Assembly (NCBI GenBank): GCA_037141855.1
Contig: JBAXBR010000003.1
Span: 8,707-72,706 of the forward strand
Source: Actinomycetota bacterium
GTDB lineage: Bacteria; Actinomycetota; Acidimicrobiia; Acidimicrobiales; Ilumatobacteraceae
Direction of reading: 5' to 3'
Length of the DNA stretch: 64,000 nt
The notes below the pieces were generated by a model. That model searched no databases. It was not told the DNA's origin and saw nothing but the letters and a program-made list of their open reading frames with translations. A program made the position numbers and the translations under genes. This document shows, in pieces, positions 8,358-18,124 of this stretch (positions are counted from its first letter, which is position 1; every line of letters starts with the position of its first letter).

Positions 8358-9134
8358 ATGATTCCTCACACGCTGCTTAATTCGGTATTGGTCATTATCG
8401 CCAGCATGGTGGTGATGTGGGTCATCAGCCTGATCAAGAAGAATGCCTCAATTGTTGACATCTTTTGGGGACTTGGCTTCGTCATTGTCGGATGGGCGAG
8501 TGCCATTAAGGCGGATCACGTATCTGCCTTGGGCAAAGTTGTTCTCGCGCTTGTCACACTGTGGGGGTTGCGTCTCTCAACGTATTTGTATTTACGCAAC
8601 CACGGCAAGCCTGAAGATTTCCGATACGTATCAATGCGCAAGCATTACGGAGCGCGTTTTCCGATTATTAGTTTGTTCACAGTGTTCTTGTTGCAAGGCG
8701 CAATCATGATGATCGTGTCGCTTCCTGTGCAGATTGCATTGTCAGATGCAAACGCATCGGTTTCGGTTTTGAGCTACATCGGTATTGGGTTGTTCGTAGT
8801 TGGAATTTTCTTTGAAGCTGTAGGCGACTGGCAACTTGCGCAATTCAAACGGGATGCTCAGAACGCCGGTCAAGTGATGCAGACAGGCTTATGGAAGTTC
8901 ACGCGTCACCCAAACTATTTTGGCGATACCTGCGTGTGGTGGGGCATCGGCATCGTCGCGCTTGGTGCAAGTTTCGGCTGGTGTGGGCTATTTGGAAGTT
9001 TGCTCATGAACTTCTTCCTCGTGCGAGTTTCAGGGGTTCCGATGCTCGAGCGTTCGATGACCAAGCGTCGCCCAGGGTATGACGAGTACAAGCGTCGAAC
9101 CAGCAGTTTCTTTCCGCGTCCTCCGAAAAAGTAG
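8358..9134 (+). CDS. DUF1295 / steroid 5-alpha-reductase-like membrane protein
   Basis: Multi-TM protein with the GLWKFTRHPNYFGD motif typical of this family. Confidence 0.8.
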   Translation: MIPHTLLNSVLVIIASMVVMWVISLIKKNASIVDIFWGLGFVIVGWASAIKADHVSALGKVVLALVTLWGLRLSTYLYLRNHGKPEDFRYVSMRKHYGARFPIISLFTVFLLQGAIMMIVSLPVQIALSDANASVSVLSYIGIGLFVVGIFFEAVGDWQLAQFKRDAQNAGQVMQTGLWKFTRHPNYFGDTCVWWGIGIVALGASFGWCGLFGSLLMNFFLVRVSGVPMLERSMTKRRPGYDEYKRRTSSFFPRPPKK

Positions 9135-9137
9135 CGA

Positions 9138-11456
9138 CTAACGCGGGCTTCGGCCGCGAAGTTTTGCCCACTCACCGAATTGGGTGAGTGAAGCAACTGT
9201 TGCACCCATTGACTCTGGCGCGACCGGATGACTAATGAGGTAACCCTGCGCCTTTGCACAACGCAATTCTGCGAGAGTCTGCAACTGCCGAACATTTTCA
9301 ACGCCTTCGGCAACCATGTCGAGTCCGAGCGAATCACCCATGGCAATAATGGTTCGTACGAGTGAGCGTGCGCCCAAGTCGTCTGCAACACCGTTGACGA
9401 AAGAGCGATCAATTTTCAATCGTTGAATCGGAAATTTTTGCAGTAGAGAAAGCGACGAGTAGCCAGTGCCGAAGTCATCAATAGCTACGCGAACACCTAG
9501 AGCGCAAAGTTTGGTGAGAGCGTCGAGTGCTTGTTCAGGTTGCGCAATCATGACGCCTTCAGTTACTTCGAGCCATAACTGATCTGGCGCGATGTGCGAT
9601 CGAAGCAATGCCTCGTGGACTACGGGAACGAAATTAGGGTCGTGCAATTGACGAGGGCTCACGTTTACTGACATCGTTGCTTCTCGGCTGCAGATTCCTT
9701 CGTTGATCCAGCCACGCAAATGGGTGAGTGCTTCGAGCAGAGCCCAGGCCCCGATGGGAACGATGGTTCCTGTCTCTTCTGCGATGGGAATGAACTCAGC
9801 AGGTGAAATAATGCTTCCGTCATCGCGTGTCCAGCGCATGAGCGCTTCAAAGCCGACAACATCGCCAAGCTCGATATCGACAATTGGCTGGTGAACAAGA
9901 CGCAATTCTCTGCGTTCGAGCGCGCGGTAGAGAGCCGTTTCTATAGCCAATCGCTGAGTGACACGTTCAAGCATTGACTCGTCAAAAATTGCGACGCAGT
10001 TGCGGCCGGCGTCTTTGGCTCGGTACATCGCAGTATCGGCATGACGGAGTAGATCGTCTGCTGTCGCAGAAATATTTCTTTGGTACGTTGCCACGCCAAT
10101 ACTCGTAGATACAAAAACATCGCCTTGACGCAACGAGAGTGGTTCGTTAAAACTGGCGAGAATATTGTCGGCAACAATCATTGCATCACTAGATCCGCGC
10201 GTACCGGGGTCCAAAATGACAAATTCATCTCCAGAGATACGTCCAACAATGCATCGCTCGGGTAACGCATTGTGTAGTCGTTGAGCAACAGCGATGAGCA
10301 CGTTGTCGCCTGCCTGATGGCCAAGAGAATCGTTAATGTTTTTGAAGCGGTCAACGTCGATGAACAGAACTGAAGGATGACGTTTGTCGTCCTCCGCAAA
10401 TTCGAGTGCGTCATTAACGTGGGACAGCATCAGGCTGCGGTTGGGTAGCCCGGTTAATGCATCGGTCTGAGCCGAATGAATCAGTGAGCGCTGCGTTGTA
10501 GCGTTTGCACGTACAGCGTGAATAACGCGCGCGGTAACAGCAACGGAGAGCACGAATACCGATATCGCACGGACTACACGGTCGGTTTGGTCAACGGCTT
10601 CAGTGAGCGCAAGAACAACCACGGGAATTGTGAGAGCTGCAGTGGTGACAATAAGTCGACCGAGTAGTGGACGTTGCGCGCGCACAGCTCCATGTTCGGT
10701 GATGGTTGAAATGCTGTGATGCACAAAAGCTGCCGAACAAAGGAACAGACAAAGAACGTATGAAGCATTGATGTATTGATTTGCAATGACGACTCTTCCT
10801 GAGTCATTAGCAGCGAAGAGAAAGTCACCTAACAGCGTGAATGTGATGGCACCTGCGATTAGCCATACCGCAGGTGTACGTGCCGCATCTCCAAACAACA
10901 GCGTTGCTAGGGAGAAAAGAACCACTGCGCTAATTGCGAGTGTCGCGCCTTGGATCGCAGTCACTGCAACGGACGATGTGCTCGCGTCAAATGTCGGCTG
11001 AAGGAACACCACCCAAATGAGGAACCATGCACCCAATGCGACGATGAGGCCGTCTCCGAGCACGCTTAGCGGGTCGTTACCAATTCGGCGACGAATGATG
11101 AGGAGCAGTCCTCCAGCCAACGTGATTTGCACAATCAAAAAAAGTGATTCGGGTATGGCCTGCAGGTTTGCGTCGGAGAACCGGTTGTCCAATATCTGAG
11201 CAGCCGTCGAAGCAATTGCGATAATGAACAGCGCTGGCCACAAGACGCGATCAGGTTTATTGAACTTCGCTGAGACTGCAAGAAAAACCATCACCTGAAT
11301 GGTTGCGGTCAGATACGCGATCTCGCTGAAGTGCTGTGAGTTACTTGTCGCCACCGCGATAGACAAGGCAATGCCGACGCCGGTTAAGCCCCAAGAAAGG
11401 CGTGAAATAGGCGCAGAATTCACTTGGCAAACGGTACAGCATCCCTTTTCGTGCAC
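9138..11456 (-). CDS. Membrane-bound GGDEF-EAL (c-di-GMP turnover) protein
   Basis: N-terminal polytopic region of roughly 300 aa. GGDEF domain with an SGDEF variant (GRISGDEFVIL). EAL domain with EALMRW, DDFGTGYSSL, KIDRSF and EGVE. Confidence 0.9.
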   Translation of the reverse strand: MHEKGCCTVCQVNSAPISRLSWGLTGVGIALSIAVATSNSQHFSEIAYLTATIQVMVFLAVSAKFNKPDRVLWPALFIIAIASTAAQILDNRFSDANLQAIPESLFLIVQITLAGGLLLIIRRRIGNDPLSVLGDGLIVALGAWFLIWVVFLQPTFDASTSSVAVTAIQGATLAISAVVLFSLATLLFGDAARTPAVWLIAGAITFTLLGDFLFAANDSGRVVIANQYINASYVLCLFLCSAAFVHHSISTITEHGAVRAQRPLLGRLIVTTAALTIPVVVLALTEAVDQTDRVVRAISVFVLSVAVTARVIHAVRANATTQRSLIHSAQTDALTGLPNRSLMLSHVNDALEFAEDDKRHPSVLFIDVDRFKNINDSLGHQAGDNVLIAVAQRLHNALPERCIVGRISGDEFVILDPGTRGSSDAMIVADNILASFNEPLSLRQGDVFVSTSIGVATYQRNISATADDLLRHADTAMYRAKDAGRNCVAIFDESMLERVTQRLAIETALYRALERRELRLVHQPIVDIELGDVVGFEALMRWTRDDGSIISPAEFIPIAEETGTIVPIGAWALLEALTHLRGWINEGICSREATMSVNVSPRQLHDPNFVPVVHEALLRSHIAPDQLWLEVTEGVMIAQPEQALDALTKLCALGVRVAIDDFGTGYSSLSLLQKFPIQRLKIDRSFVNGVADDLGARSLVRTIIAMGDSLGLDMVAEGVENVRQLQTLAELRCAKAQGYLISHPVAPESMGATVASLTQFGEWAKLRGRSPR

Positions 11457-11530
11457 GGAGGATGGGATACCTTTGAACCAGGGCGGAGAACCCTAAGCCG
11501 CGTAAGCGGTCTGTTTGGAGTTCCCGAGAA

Positions 11531-12139
11531 ATGTTCGTTACCCGCCACTCTCCAGTCACCGATGCGGTGCTCAAGGATCAGTTGTGGACGCTGTATGCAC
11601 GCGCTTATGCGCGCACGGCAGAAAATGAAGTTACTCACGAAATGCTTGATCGGATTGAATTCAATGATCAGCTCACCGATGCAACGAATCGCGCTTGGGT
11701 GGTATGGGAAGACAACATGCCAGTTGCAATGACCATGATTGCAACCGACGTACGTCGCACTCGCTGGTTAAGTGAGCACTATTTCAAAAAGAATTATCCG
11801 CAGCAGTTTGCGACAAATCGAGTGCATTACGTGGTTTGGGCTGTAGTCGATCCCTCGTATGTGACTAAGGGCGTCAGCATGTTTATGGCGAGGCAGGCTA
11901 TGGCTGTGGAAGCGCGCGAAGGCTCGCTGTTGGTGTTCGATATGCCGGAGTCAAATCAGCCAAATGAAGTTGGTGGAGCTGCTGAACTGATGTATCGCAT
12001 GGCGCGCCAAGTGGGAGGAGCTCGATTGGTGCCTCTCACGGTCCAGAGGTATTACGCACTTGATTTTGCACCATCGTCGGTTGACGATCAGGTGACAGGC
12101 GAACAAGCGCCGAGTTCGCTTACAGATTCAGTTCATTAG
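11531..12139 (+). CDS. Hypothetical protein, possibly with an acyltransferase-like fold
   Basis: 202-aa ORF with coding-like composition. It shows only a weak GNAT-like segment (VVDPSYVTKGVSMFMARQAM). Confidence 0.5.
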   Translation: MFVTRHSPVTDAVLKDQLWTLYARAYARTAENEVTHEMLDRIEFNDQLTDATNRAWVVWEDNMPVAMTMIATDVRRTRWLSEHYFKKNYPQQFATNRVHYVVWAVVDPSYVTKGVSMFMARQAMAVEAREGSLLVFDMPESNQPNEVGGAAELMYRMARQVGGARLVPLTVQRYYALDFAPSSVDDQVTGEQAPSSLTDSVH

Positions 12140-12169
12140 CCAGTAAACCCCGCTAGATTTGGGGTCAAT

Positions 12170-13114
12170 ATGGCAGTCACGTTTGTTGTGCCCGGAGCAC
12201 ATCTGATGAGCGGACTTCTCGGCGAGCGCGATGAGCACCTGCGGTTTATTGAAGGTGAATTTGGGGACGTCGCAATCCGGGTTCGCGGTAATGAGGTGTC
12301 AATTTCTGGCCCGCAATCCGATGTTGTTTCTCGGCTGTTCGAAGAACTGACCGCATTACTGCAGCGAGGTGAATCTTTAAATCGCTCCGTATTGTCTCGT
12401 TCCATAGTCATGGTTCAAGCAAATGAAAAGCCAAGCCAGATTCTGACTGAAGATATTTTGCGCACAAGCAGCGGAAAAAATGTACGTGCCAAAACTTCTG
12501 GCCAGCGTAAATATGTCGAAGCGATACGAGAGAATGTCATCACGTTTGGGATCGGCCCAGCAGGAACCGGAAAGAGTTGGTTGGCTGTTGCCATGGCAGT
12601 GCTAGCGCTGAATACGAAACAAGTGCAGCGGATTATTTTGACAAGACCAGCGGTTGAAGCGGGAGAGCGTCTTGGGTTTTTGCCAGGAGATCTCACGGCA
12701 AAAATCGATCCGTATCTTCGCCCGCTTTACGACGCACTGCATGACATGGTTGGTGCTGAAACAGCCAAGATTTATTTAGAAAAACAAGTTGTTGAAGTTG
12801 CACCACTTGCGTTCATGCGCGGTCGCACCTTGAATAACAGTTTCGTCATTTTGGATGAAGCGCAAAACACCACACCAGAGCAAATGAAGATGTTTCTCAC
12901 GCGCATAGGGTTTGGTTCGAAAGTGGTAGTCACAGGTGACACAACTCAGGTGGACGTGCCAGACGGTCGAAGCGGATTGCTCGGTGTTGAACGCGTGCTC
13001 ACGGGAATCAAAGATTTAACGTTTGTACACCTGGATGCAACGGATGTGGTCCGCCACCGCATCGTTGCCGACATTGTTGCGGCATACGAAAGACAAACGC
13101 CAAACTATGGCTGA
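12170..13114 (+). CDS. phoH: PhoH family ATPase
   Basis: Walker A GPAGTGKSWLA, ILDEAQN, and the phoH-ybeY-corC neighbourhood. Confidence 0.92.
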   Translation: MAVTFVVPGAHLMSGLLGERDEHLRFIEGEFGDVAIRVRGNEVSISGPQSDVVSRLFEELTALLQRGESLNRSVLSRSIVMVQANEKPSQILTEDILRTSSGKNVRAKTSGQRKYVEAIRENVITFGIGPAGTGKSWLAVAMAVLALNTKQVQRIILTRPAVEAGERLGFLPGDLTAKIDPYLRPLYDALHDMVGAETAKIYLEKQVVEVAPLAFMRGRTLNNSFVILDEAQNTTPEQMKMFLTRIGFGSKVVVTGDTTQVDVPDGRSGLLGVERVLTGIKDLTFVHLDATDVVRHRIVADIVAAYERQTPNYG

Positions 13115-13709
13115 ATCGCGACCGGGACAGTCCAAGCCGCGTCGTGTAGGTGGTGATGGTGATCCAGAAGTCTTCATGGCGGACGAACAGCAAGATCTTG
13201 AAATAGATCTGGCTCGATGGCAGAACTTGGCGCTCGAGGTACTGCGAGCTGAAGGTATCAAGGGTTCAACAGAAATGACTGTGATGTTCATTGACGCATC
13301 CACCATGACTGAGTTGAACGCTCAGTACATGGGAAAGTCGTATGCAACTGATGTGCTGTCATTTCCGCTGGATGCAGTTGAAGCTACGCGGACGCCAGGG
13401 CCGGGTGCAATGTCAAAGACACCAGAGCCTTCGCCATTAGATATCTCAGATCTACCGCTGTTGCTCGGTGATGTGGTGATTTGTCCGAGTGTTGCTGTTG
13501 CACAAGCGCCTCGTCACGCTGGAACGATCGACGATGAGATTGCTCTGCTTCTTGTGCATGGAATTCTGCATGTACTTGGAAATGATCACGACAATCCTGA
13601 AGCAGAAGCAGCTATGCACGCATTAGAAAGAAAACACCTGGAAGCCTTTCATTGGAGAGATAGTGCTCCAACAAACTTTCGACATATTCAGGAGACAGAC
13701 GAACAATGA
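13107..13709 (+). CDS. ybeY: rRNA maturation endoribonuclease YbeY
   Basis: Zinc motif HGILHVLGNDH. Start taken at ATG 13107, which overlaps the phoH stop; ATG 13176 is an alternative. Confidence 0.85.
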   Translation: MAESRPGQSKPRRVGGDGDPEVFMADEQQDLEIDLARWQNLALEVLRAEGIKGSTEMTVMFIDASTMTELNAQYMGKSYATDVLSFPLDAVEATRTPGPGAMSKTPEPSPLDISDLPLLLGDVVICPSVAVAQAPRHAGTIDDEIALLLVHGILHVLGNDHDNPEAEAAMHALERKHLEAFHWRDSAPTNFRHIQETDEQ

Positions 13710-14986
13710 TGTTTGCCGCCACACCAACATCGATTGATTACTGGATGCTTTCCGGAATTGGCATCATTCTTGTGCTCATGATCTTTTTGTCCTTGGCAGA
13801 AATGAGCCTTTCTCAACTGACGAAGCCACGGGCAGCTGCACTAGCTGAAAAGGGTGCAAAGTCGGGCAAAGCACTGGTGAGACTTGCCGCAGAACCAACC
13901 ATGTGGGTGAACCCGTTATTGCTCACGGTGAATGTGTGTCAAACCGTGCAAGCAACGTTAATGGGAATAGTTTCGGGCAGATTATTCGGTCCAGCTGGAG
14001 TTGCTGTAGGTGTCGTTATCAACGTGATGCTGTTTTTCGTGCTCGCAGAAGCAGTGCCAAAAACATACGCTCTACTCAATCCTGTTCGTGGTGCAACTGC
14101 AACAGCCCGCCCAATTTCCATACTCGTGAGGTTTTGGCCACTTCGACTGACTTCCACGGCGCTGATCAAACTCACGAACGTCATCGTGAAGGGCGAGGGA
14201 TTGAAGCAAGGCCCATTCATTGGCGAGCAAGAGTTTTTGGGAATTGTTGAGGCCGCTGCTCAGGAAAGTGTGATCGAGCATGAAGAACGAGAATTGATCG
14301 AATCAATTATTGAATTTGGTGACACAGTGGTGCGCGAGATTATGGTCCCTCGACCAGATGCAATGTTCATTGATAGTGATCTCACCGTTTCGCAGGCACT
14401 CGACAAAGTTGTTGAAGATGGTTTTAGTCGACTTCCGGTATTGCGCAAAGACGATGACGACGTGGACGATGTGGTTGGCATCGTGTATGTAAAAGACCTT
14501 GTTATCGCCGAGCGCAAAGGCGATGGTTCGTTGCCAATTACCAGTCTTATTCGTGAAGTTGAAGTAGTGCCTGAAAACAAATTAGTAGCAGATCTGATGC
14601 GCAGTATGCAGGCGAAAAAGTTCCATATGGTGATGGTTGCTGATGAATACGGAATCATTGTTGGTTTGGCAACACTTGAAGATTGTTTGGAAGAACTCGT
14701 TGGTGAAATCGTTGACGAGCACGACGATGAAGACCTTTCATTGCAAACTCTGGCCAATGGTGACTACTTGGTGGTCGGGGCCATGCCCATATCGCGACTA
14801 AATGACGAGCTTGAGTTAAAAGTTCCTGAATCTGAATACGACACAATCGGTGGTTTCATCTTCGGAATGCTGGGCCATGTTCCCGTTCAGGGAGAGTCCG
14901 TCGTATACGACGGATGGCAAATTAGCGCAGAGACGCTCGACGGTCGCCGAATTCAGCAAGTACGCATCAGCGCCATAACGCCTTAG
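13706..14986 (+). CDS. CNNM/DUF21-CBS-CorC_HlyC family membrane protein
   Basis: N-terminal TM (DUF21) region, a CBS pair, and a C-terminal transporter-associated domain. ATGA overlap with ybeY. Confidence 0.9.
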   Translation: MMFAATPTSIDYWMLSGIGIILVLMIFLSLAEMSLSQLTKPRAAALAEKGAKSGKALVRLAAEPTMWVNPLLLTVNVCQTVQATLMGIVSGRLFGPAGVAVGVVINVMLFFVLAEAVPKTYALLNPVRGATATARPISILVRFWPLRLTSTALIKLTNVIVKGEGLKQGPFIGEQEFLGIVEAAAQESVIEHEERELIESIIEFGDTVVREIMVPRPDAMFIDSDLTVSQALDKVVEDGFSRLPVLRKDDDDVDDVVGIVYVKDLVIAERKGDGSLPITSLIREVEVVPENKLVADLMRSMQAKKFHMVMVADEYGIIVGLATLEDCLEELVGEIVDEHDDEDLSLQTLANGDYLVVGAMPISRLNDELELKVPESEYDTIGGFIFGMLGHVPVQGESVVYDGWQISAETLDGRRIQQVRISAITP

Positions 14987-15011
14987 CGCCGTAACGACTA
15001 TCGTCGGGCGA

Positions 15012-15761
15012 ATGGACATATCGCTCAAAGGAAAAGTTGCCCTCATAACTGGAGGGTCGCGGGGAATTGGCTTAGCCATTGCCAAGTCGTATGCAGATTC
15101 TGGTGCGCAAGTGATGCTCACGTCGAGAAAGGAAGATTCGCTGCGTGAAGCAGTTTCTTTCGTAGGAGGAGGCGCCTCGTACCTTGCGGGTAACGCTGGT
15201 GATACAGATTTCGCTCAGAAGTGCGTGAGCATGACCCTTGAGCAGTTCGGAAAGATTGATATTTTCGTCAACAACGCTGCAACTAATCCGTATGCAGGAC
15301 CAACTCTGGGTGTGAGCGAAGCGCAGTTCGACAAGACATTTCAAGTCAACCTTCGTGGTCCGTTGTTCTGGTGTTCACAGGTATGGGCACAGCACATGAA
15401 GGACAATCCAGGAGTCATCATCAATATTGCATCTGTTGGAGGTCTTCGCGCGGAAGGAAACCTTGGTGTCTACAACTTGACCAAAGCAGCTCTTATTCAC
15501 CTCACCAGACAATTGGCAGGTGAGCTTGGGCTTACGCGTGTGGTTGGTATCGCGCCAGGTTTGGTGAAAACTGACTTTGCTCAGATGCTGGTGGACAACT
15601 ATGGCGATTCACTTGCGAAGCGATTACCGCGCAAGCGCCTCGGAGAACCTCAAGACATCGCGAACCTTGCAACGTTCTTGGCATCAGATGCTGCCAGTTG
15701 GATTACGGGTGAAACCTATGTAATTGATGGTGGTGCGGGAGTTGCTTCAGGCGCAATGTAG
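15012..15761 (+). CDS. SDR family oxidoreductase
   Basis: ITGGSRGIGLA, NNAA and YNLTKAA motifs. Confidence 0.9.
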   Translation: MDISLKGKVALITGGSRGIGLAIAKSYADSGAQVMLTSRKEDSLREAVSFVGGGASYLAGNAGDTDFAQKCVSMTLEQFGKIDIFVNNAATNPYAGPTLGVSEAQFDKTFQVNLRGPLFWCSQVWAQHMKDNPGVIINIASVGGLRAEGNLGVYNLTKAALIHLTRQLAGELGLTRVVGIAPGLVKTDFAQMLVDNYGDSLAKRLPRKRLGEPQDIANLATFLASDAASWITGETYVIDGGAGVASGAM

Positions 15762-17062
15762 TTGCGAACTTCTCTAAAGAGTTGAGGTCCGCCGATTGCT
15801 AAGGCGAGCAAGCCAAAAATTGCGGCAACAAGGAATGGCATTCGTAGGTTGGTGGAATATGCAATTTGTCCTCCGATGAGTGCACCAATGCCGATCGAGC
15901 CTGTCCCTATGAATCGATAGACGCTGTTGACTCGACCAAACAACTCTGAAGGGATTATTCGCTGTCTGAGCGAAACTGTGACGACATTCCAGGTTGTTCC
16001 TGCGAGGCCCATAAGCGAAGCGGCAATTGCCACGGCCCATACGTAAGGCATGAAGTAATAGATAATTCCAACGGAACCAAATACAAAATATGAGTACACA
16101 ATGGATTGCGCGATACCGAGACGCTTAGCGATCTTGTCGCCTAACAATCCACCAAGAATCGAACCGATTGCGGTGAGTGCGAGCAAAAATCCGTAAGCAC
16201 GACCGGTGACTCCAAGTTCAATAGCTGCGTATTTCACGAAAATGGCATCGCCAAACATGGTGGTCATATTGGTAATGCCAAGCATGATGGCAAGAGTGCG
16301 AATGAGTTTGTTGCTCCATAGCCAGCGGAGGCCTTCCAAGAGATCGGCCTTGAAACTCTTGCCGGATTGCTGAACAGCGATCTCCGGCTTCTTACTCGAT
16401 GGAATGCGGATGCTTGCGACCAGTAGTGCTGCTAATGCGAACGAAGCAGCATCGACACCAAAGGGGACACCCACCGCGACAACGAAAGCCCAAGCCCCAA
16501 GCGGCAATCCGATGAAGGTATTGGTGATGAGCTCAAGACTTGAGAGGCGTCCGTTTGCTTTTTCGAGAAGGTGGTCAGGAACAATCTGAGGCAAAAATGC
16601 TTGTGCCGACATGTCGAAGATAACTTCACAACAACCGACTCCAATAAGTATCGCCATGAATGTCCAGATGGAGAGTGATCCAGTAGCTGCAGAAAAGGCT
16701 ATGAGTCCAAAAAGAGCGGCACGAATCATGTTTGCAACAACCATCATTTTTCGACGGTCAAATCGATCGATGTAGACGCCTGCAGGTAACGAGAGAACAA
16801 GCCATGGAATCATGGAACAGAAGCTGACACCCGCAATGAGTCGTTCGTCATTGGTAAGTGAAAGAGTCAGTAATGGTGCCGCAGCATGAACCATGCCGTC
16901 GCCAATATTGGAAATGCCGCTCGCGACAAACTGACGCCAATAATTCCCTGGAAGGCGTTGATCGGTGTTTGCTATGACAATTTCCTCAATGCTTGAGCGT
17001 CCACTTTGCCAAGAGATGTCATTGGAATTTGTTCGACGATGCGGACTTCTGATGGAGCGCAA
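15716..17062 (-). CDS. MFS transporter
   Basis: About 12 predicted TM segments and an MFS-type N-terminus (FVASGISNIGDGM). The start is uncertain because the ORF overlaps the menE 3' end by 91 nt. The 3' end overlaps the convergent SDR gene by 46 nt. Confidence 0.8.
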   Translation of the reverse strand: MRSIRSPHRRTNSNDISWQSGRSSIEEIVIANTDQRLPGNYWRQFVASGISNIGDGMVHAAAPLLTLSLTNDERLIAGVSFCSMIPWLVLSLPAGVYIDRFDRRKMMVVANMIRAALFGLIAFSAATGSLSIWTFMAILIGVGCCEVIFDMSAQAFLPQIVPDHLLEKANGRLSSLELITNTFIGLPLGAWAFVVAVGVPFGVDAASFALAALLVASIRIPSSKKPEIAVQQSGKSFKADLLEGLRWLWSNKLIRTLAIMLGITNMTTMFGDAIFVKYAAIELGVTGRAYGFLLALTAIGSILGGLLGDKIAKRLGIAQSIVYSYFVFGSVGIIYYFMPYVWAVAIAASLMGLAGTTWNVVTVSLRQRIIPSELFGRVNSVYRFIGTGSIGIGALIGGQIAYSTNLRMPFLVAAIFGLLALAIGGPQLFREVRNYIAPEATPAPPSIT

Positions 17063-18117
17063 AATGAAGGCAACTGTTCCTTCACATGCAGACGGACTTC
17101 CTCAAGGGTTGGCACGATGTTGCGAGAGGCCACAATCCACGCAACAACTCGTTGTCCCCATTCCGGATCGTCAACTCCGCGTACGACAATTTGCTCAATT
17201 CCCGGAAGGGTAGAAACGATTTTCTCCACAACACTGGGCCATACATTCTCGCCCCCAGTGATGATCAAGTCATCTAGGCGCCCGAACACCCTGAGCATTC
17301 CGTCTTGGTACTGACCGTTGTCTCCAGTTGCGTACCAATCACTCGCAGAATGCTGCGAGTTGGTGCCCCGGTATGTGCGAAATAGTGAAGGAGATCGCAA
17401 TTCGATGCGATCGTTGTCAATTCGAATGTTCACTCCATCAAGTGGTCGTCCGTTGTATGCAATGCCGCCAAATGTTTCAGTCATTCCGTATGTGGTGGTG
17501 ACATTAGGGGGCAGTTCTGCAGGTGCCGCAGCTCCGCCTAGCAGAATCGTGTGGAAGATGGAAGGGTCAATTCGCTGAAGTGCAGTTGGAACGAGTGAGG
17601 TGTGTGTCGCGCCATGCTTCACAGCTGCAATGACGTTGCTGGTCTCGAACGTCGGAAAAATTGTGATCGGATTGCCAAACAGAATTGAACGCGCGAGAAT
17701 GCTAAACCCAGCAACATGGGAAACTGGAAGGCATAACAGCCAATGCGTTGAAGTGTTGGTATCTAGTCGTGTTTGCGACATATCCAGTAACGAACGAATT
17801 GACTGATGTGTATGGACAACACCCTTAGGGCTGCCAGTCGAACCACTTGTTGCGATGACGAGAGCATCGTGTTCGTCAATTGGTTCAGAGTTAGAAAGCG
17901 TGGTGACGTTTCCGGTTGCGTCGATAACGGCTGATGGTGCGAAGTGCTGAATGAGCAAATGCTTTGCTGCTTGGGGAAGCCGCTGATCGATGGGGAACAC
18001 TGCATCGCCTGAATTCCAGGCGTCACGGACATGGCTGGCAAATTCAAGGCTCGCGGGCATGTCCAATGCAACAAGGCGTTTCACGGTCATCAGCGTAGGC
18101 GTTCGAAAGTGCGACAC
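16972..18117 (-). CDS. menE: o-Succinylbenzoate-CoA ligase
   Basis: Short adenylate-forming enzyme (ATSGSTGSPKGV, YGMTE) within the men cluster. Alternative start at ATG 18090. Confidence 0.85.
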   Translation of the reverse strand: MSHFRTPTLMTVKRLVALDMPASLEFASHVRDAWNSGDAVFPIDQRLPQAAKHLLIQHFAPSAVIDATGNVTTLSNSEPIDEHDALVIATSGSTGSPKGVVHTHQSIRSLLDMSQTRLDTNTSTHWLLCLPVSHVAGFSILARSILFGNPITIFPTFETSNVIAAVKHGATHTSLVPTALQRIDPSIFHTILLGGAAAPAELPPNVTTTYGMTETFGGIAYNGRPLDGVNIRIDNDRIELRSPSLFRTYRGTNSQHSASDWYATGDNGQYQDGMLRVFGRLDDLIITGGENVWPSVVEKIVSTLPGIEQIVVRGVDDPEWGQRVVAWIVASRNIVPTLEEVRLHVKEQLPSFCAPSEVRIVEQIPMTSLGKVDAQALRKLS

Positions 18118-18124
18118 TGGAGAG

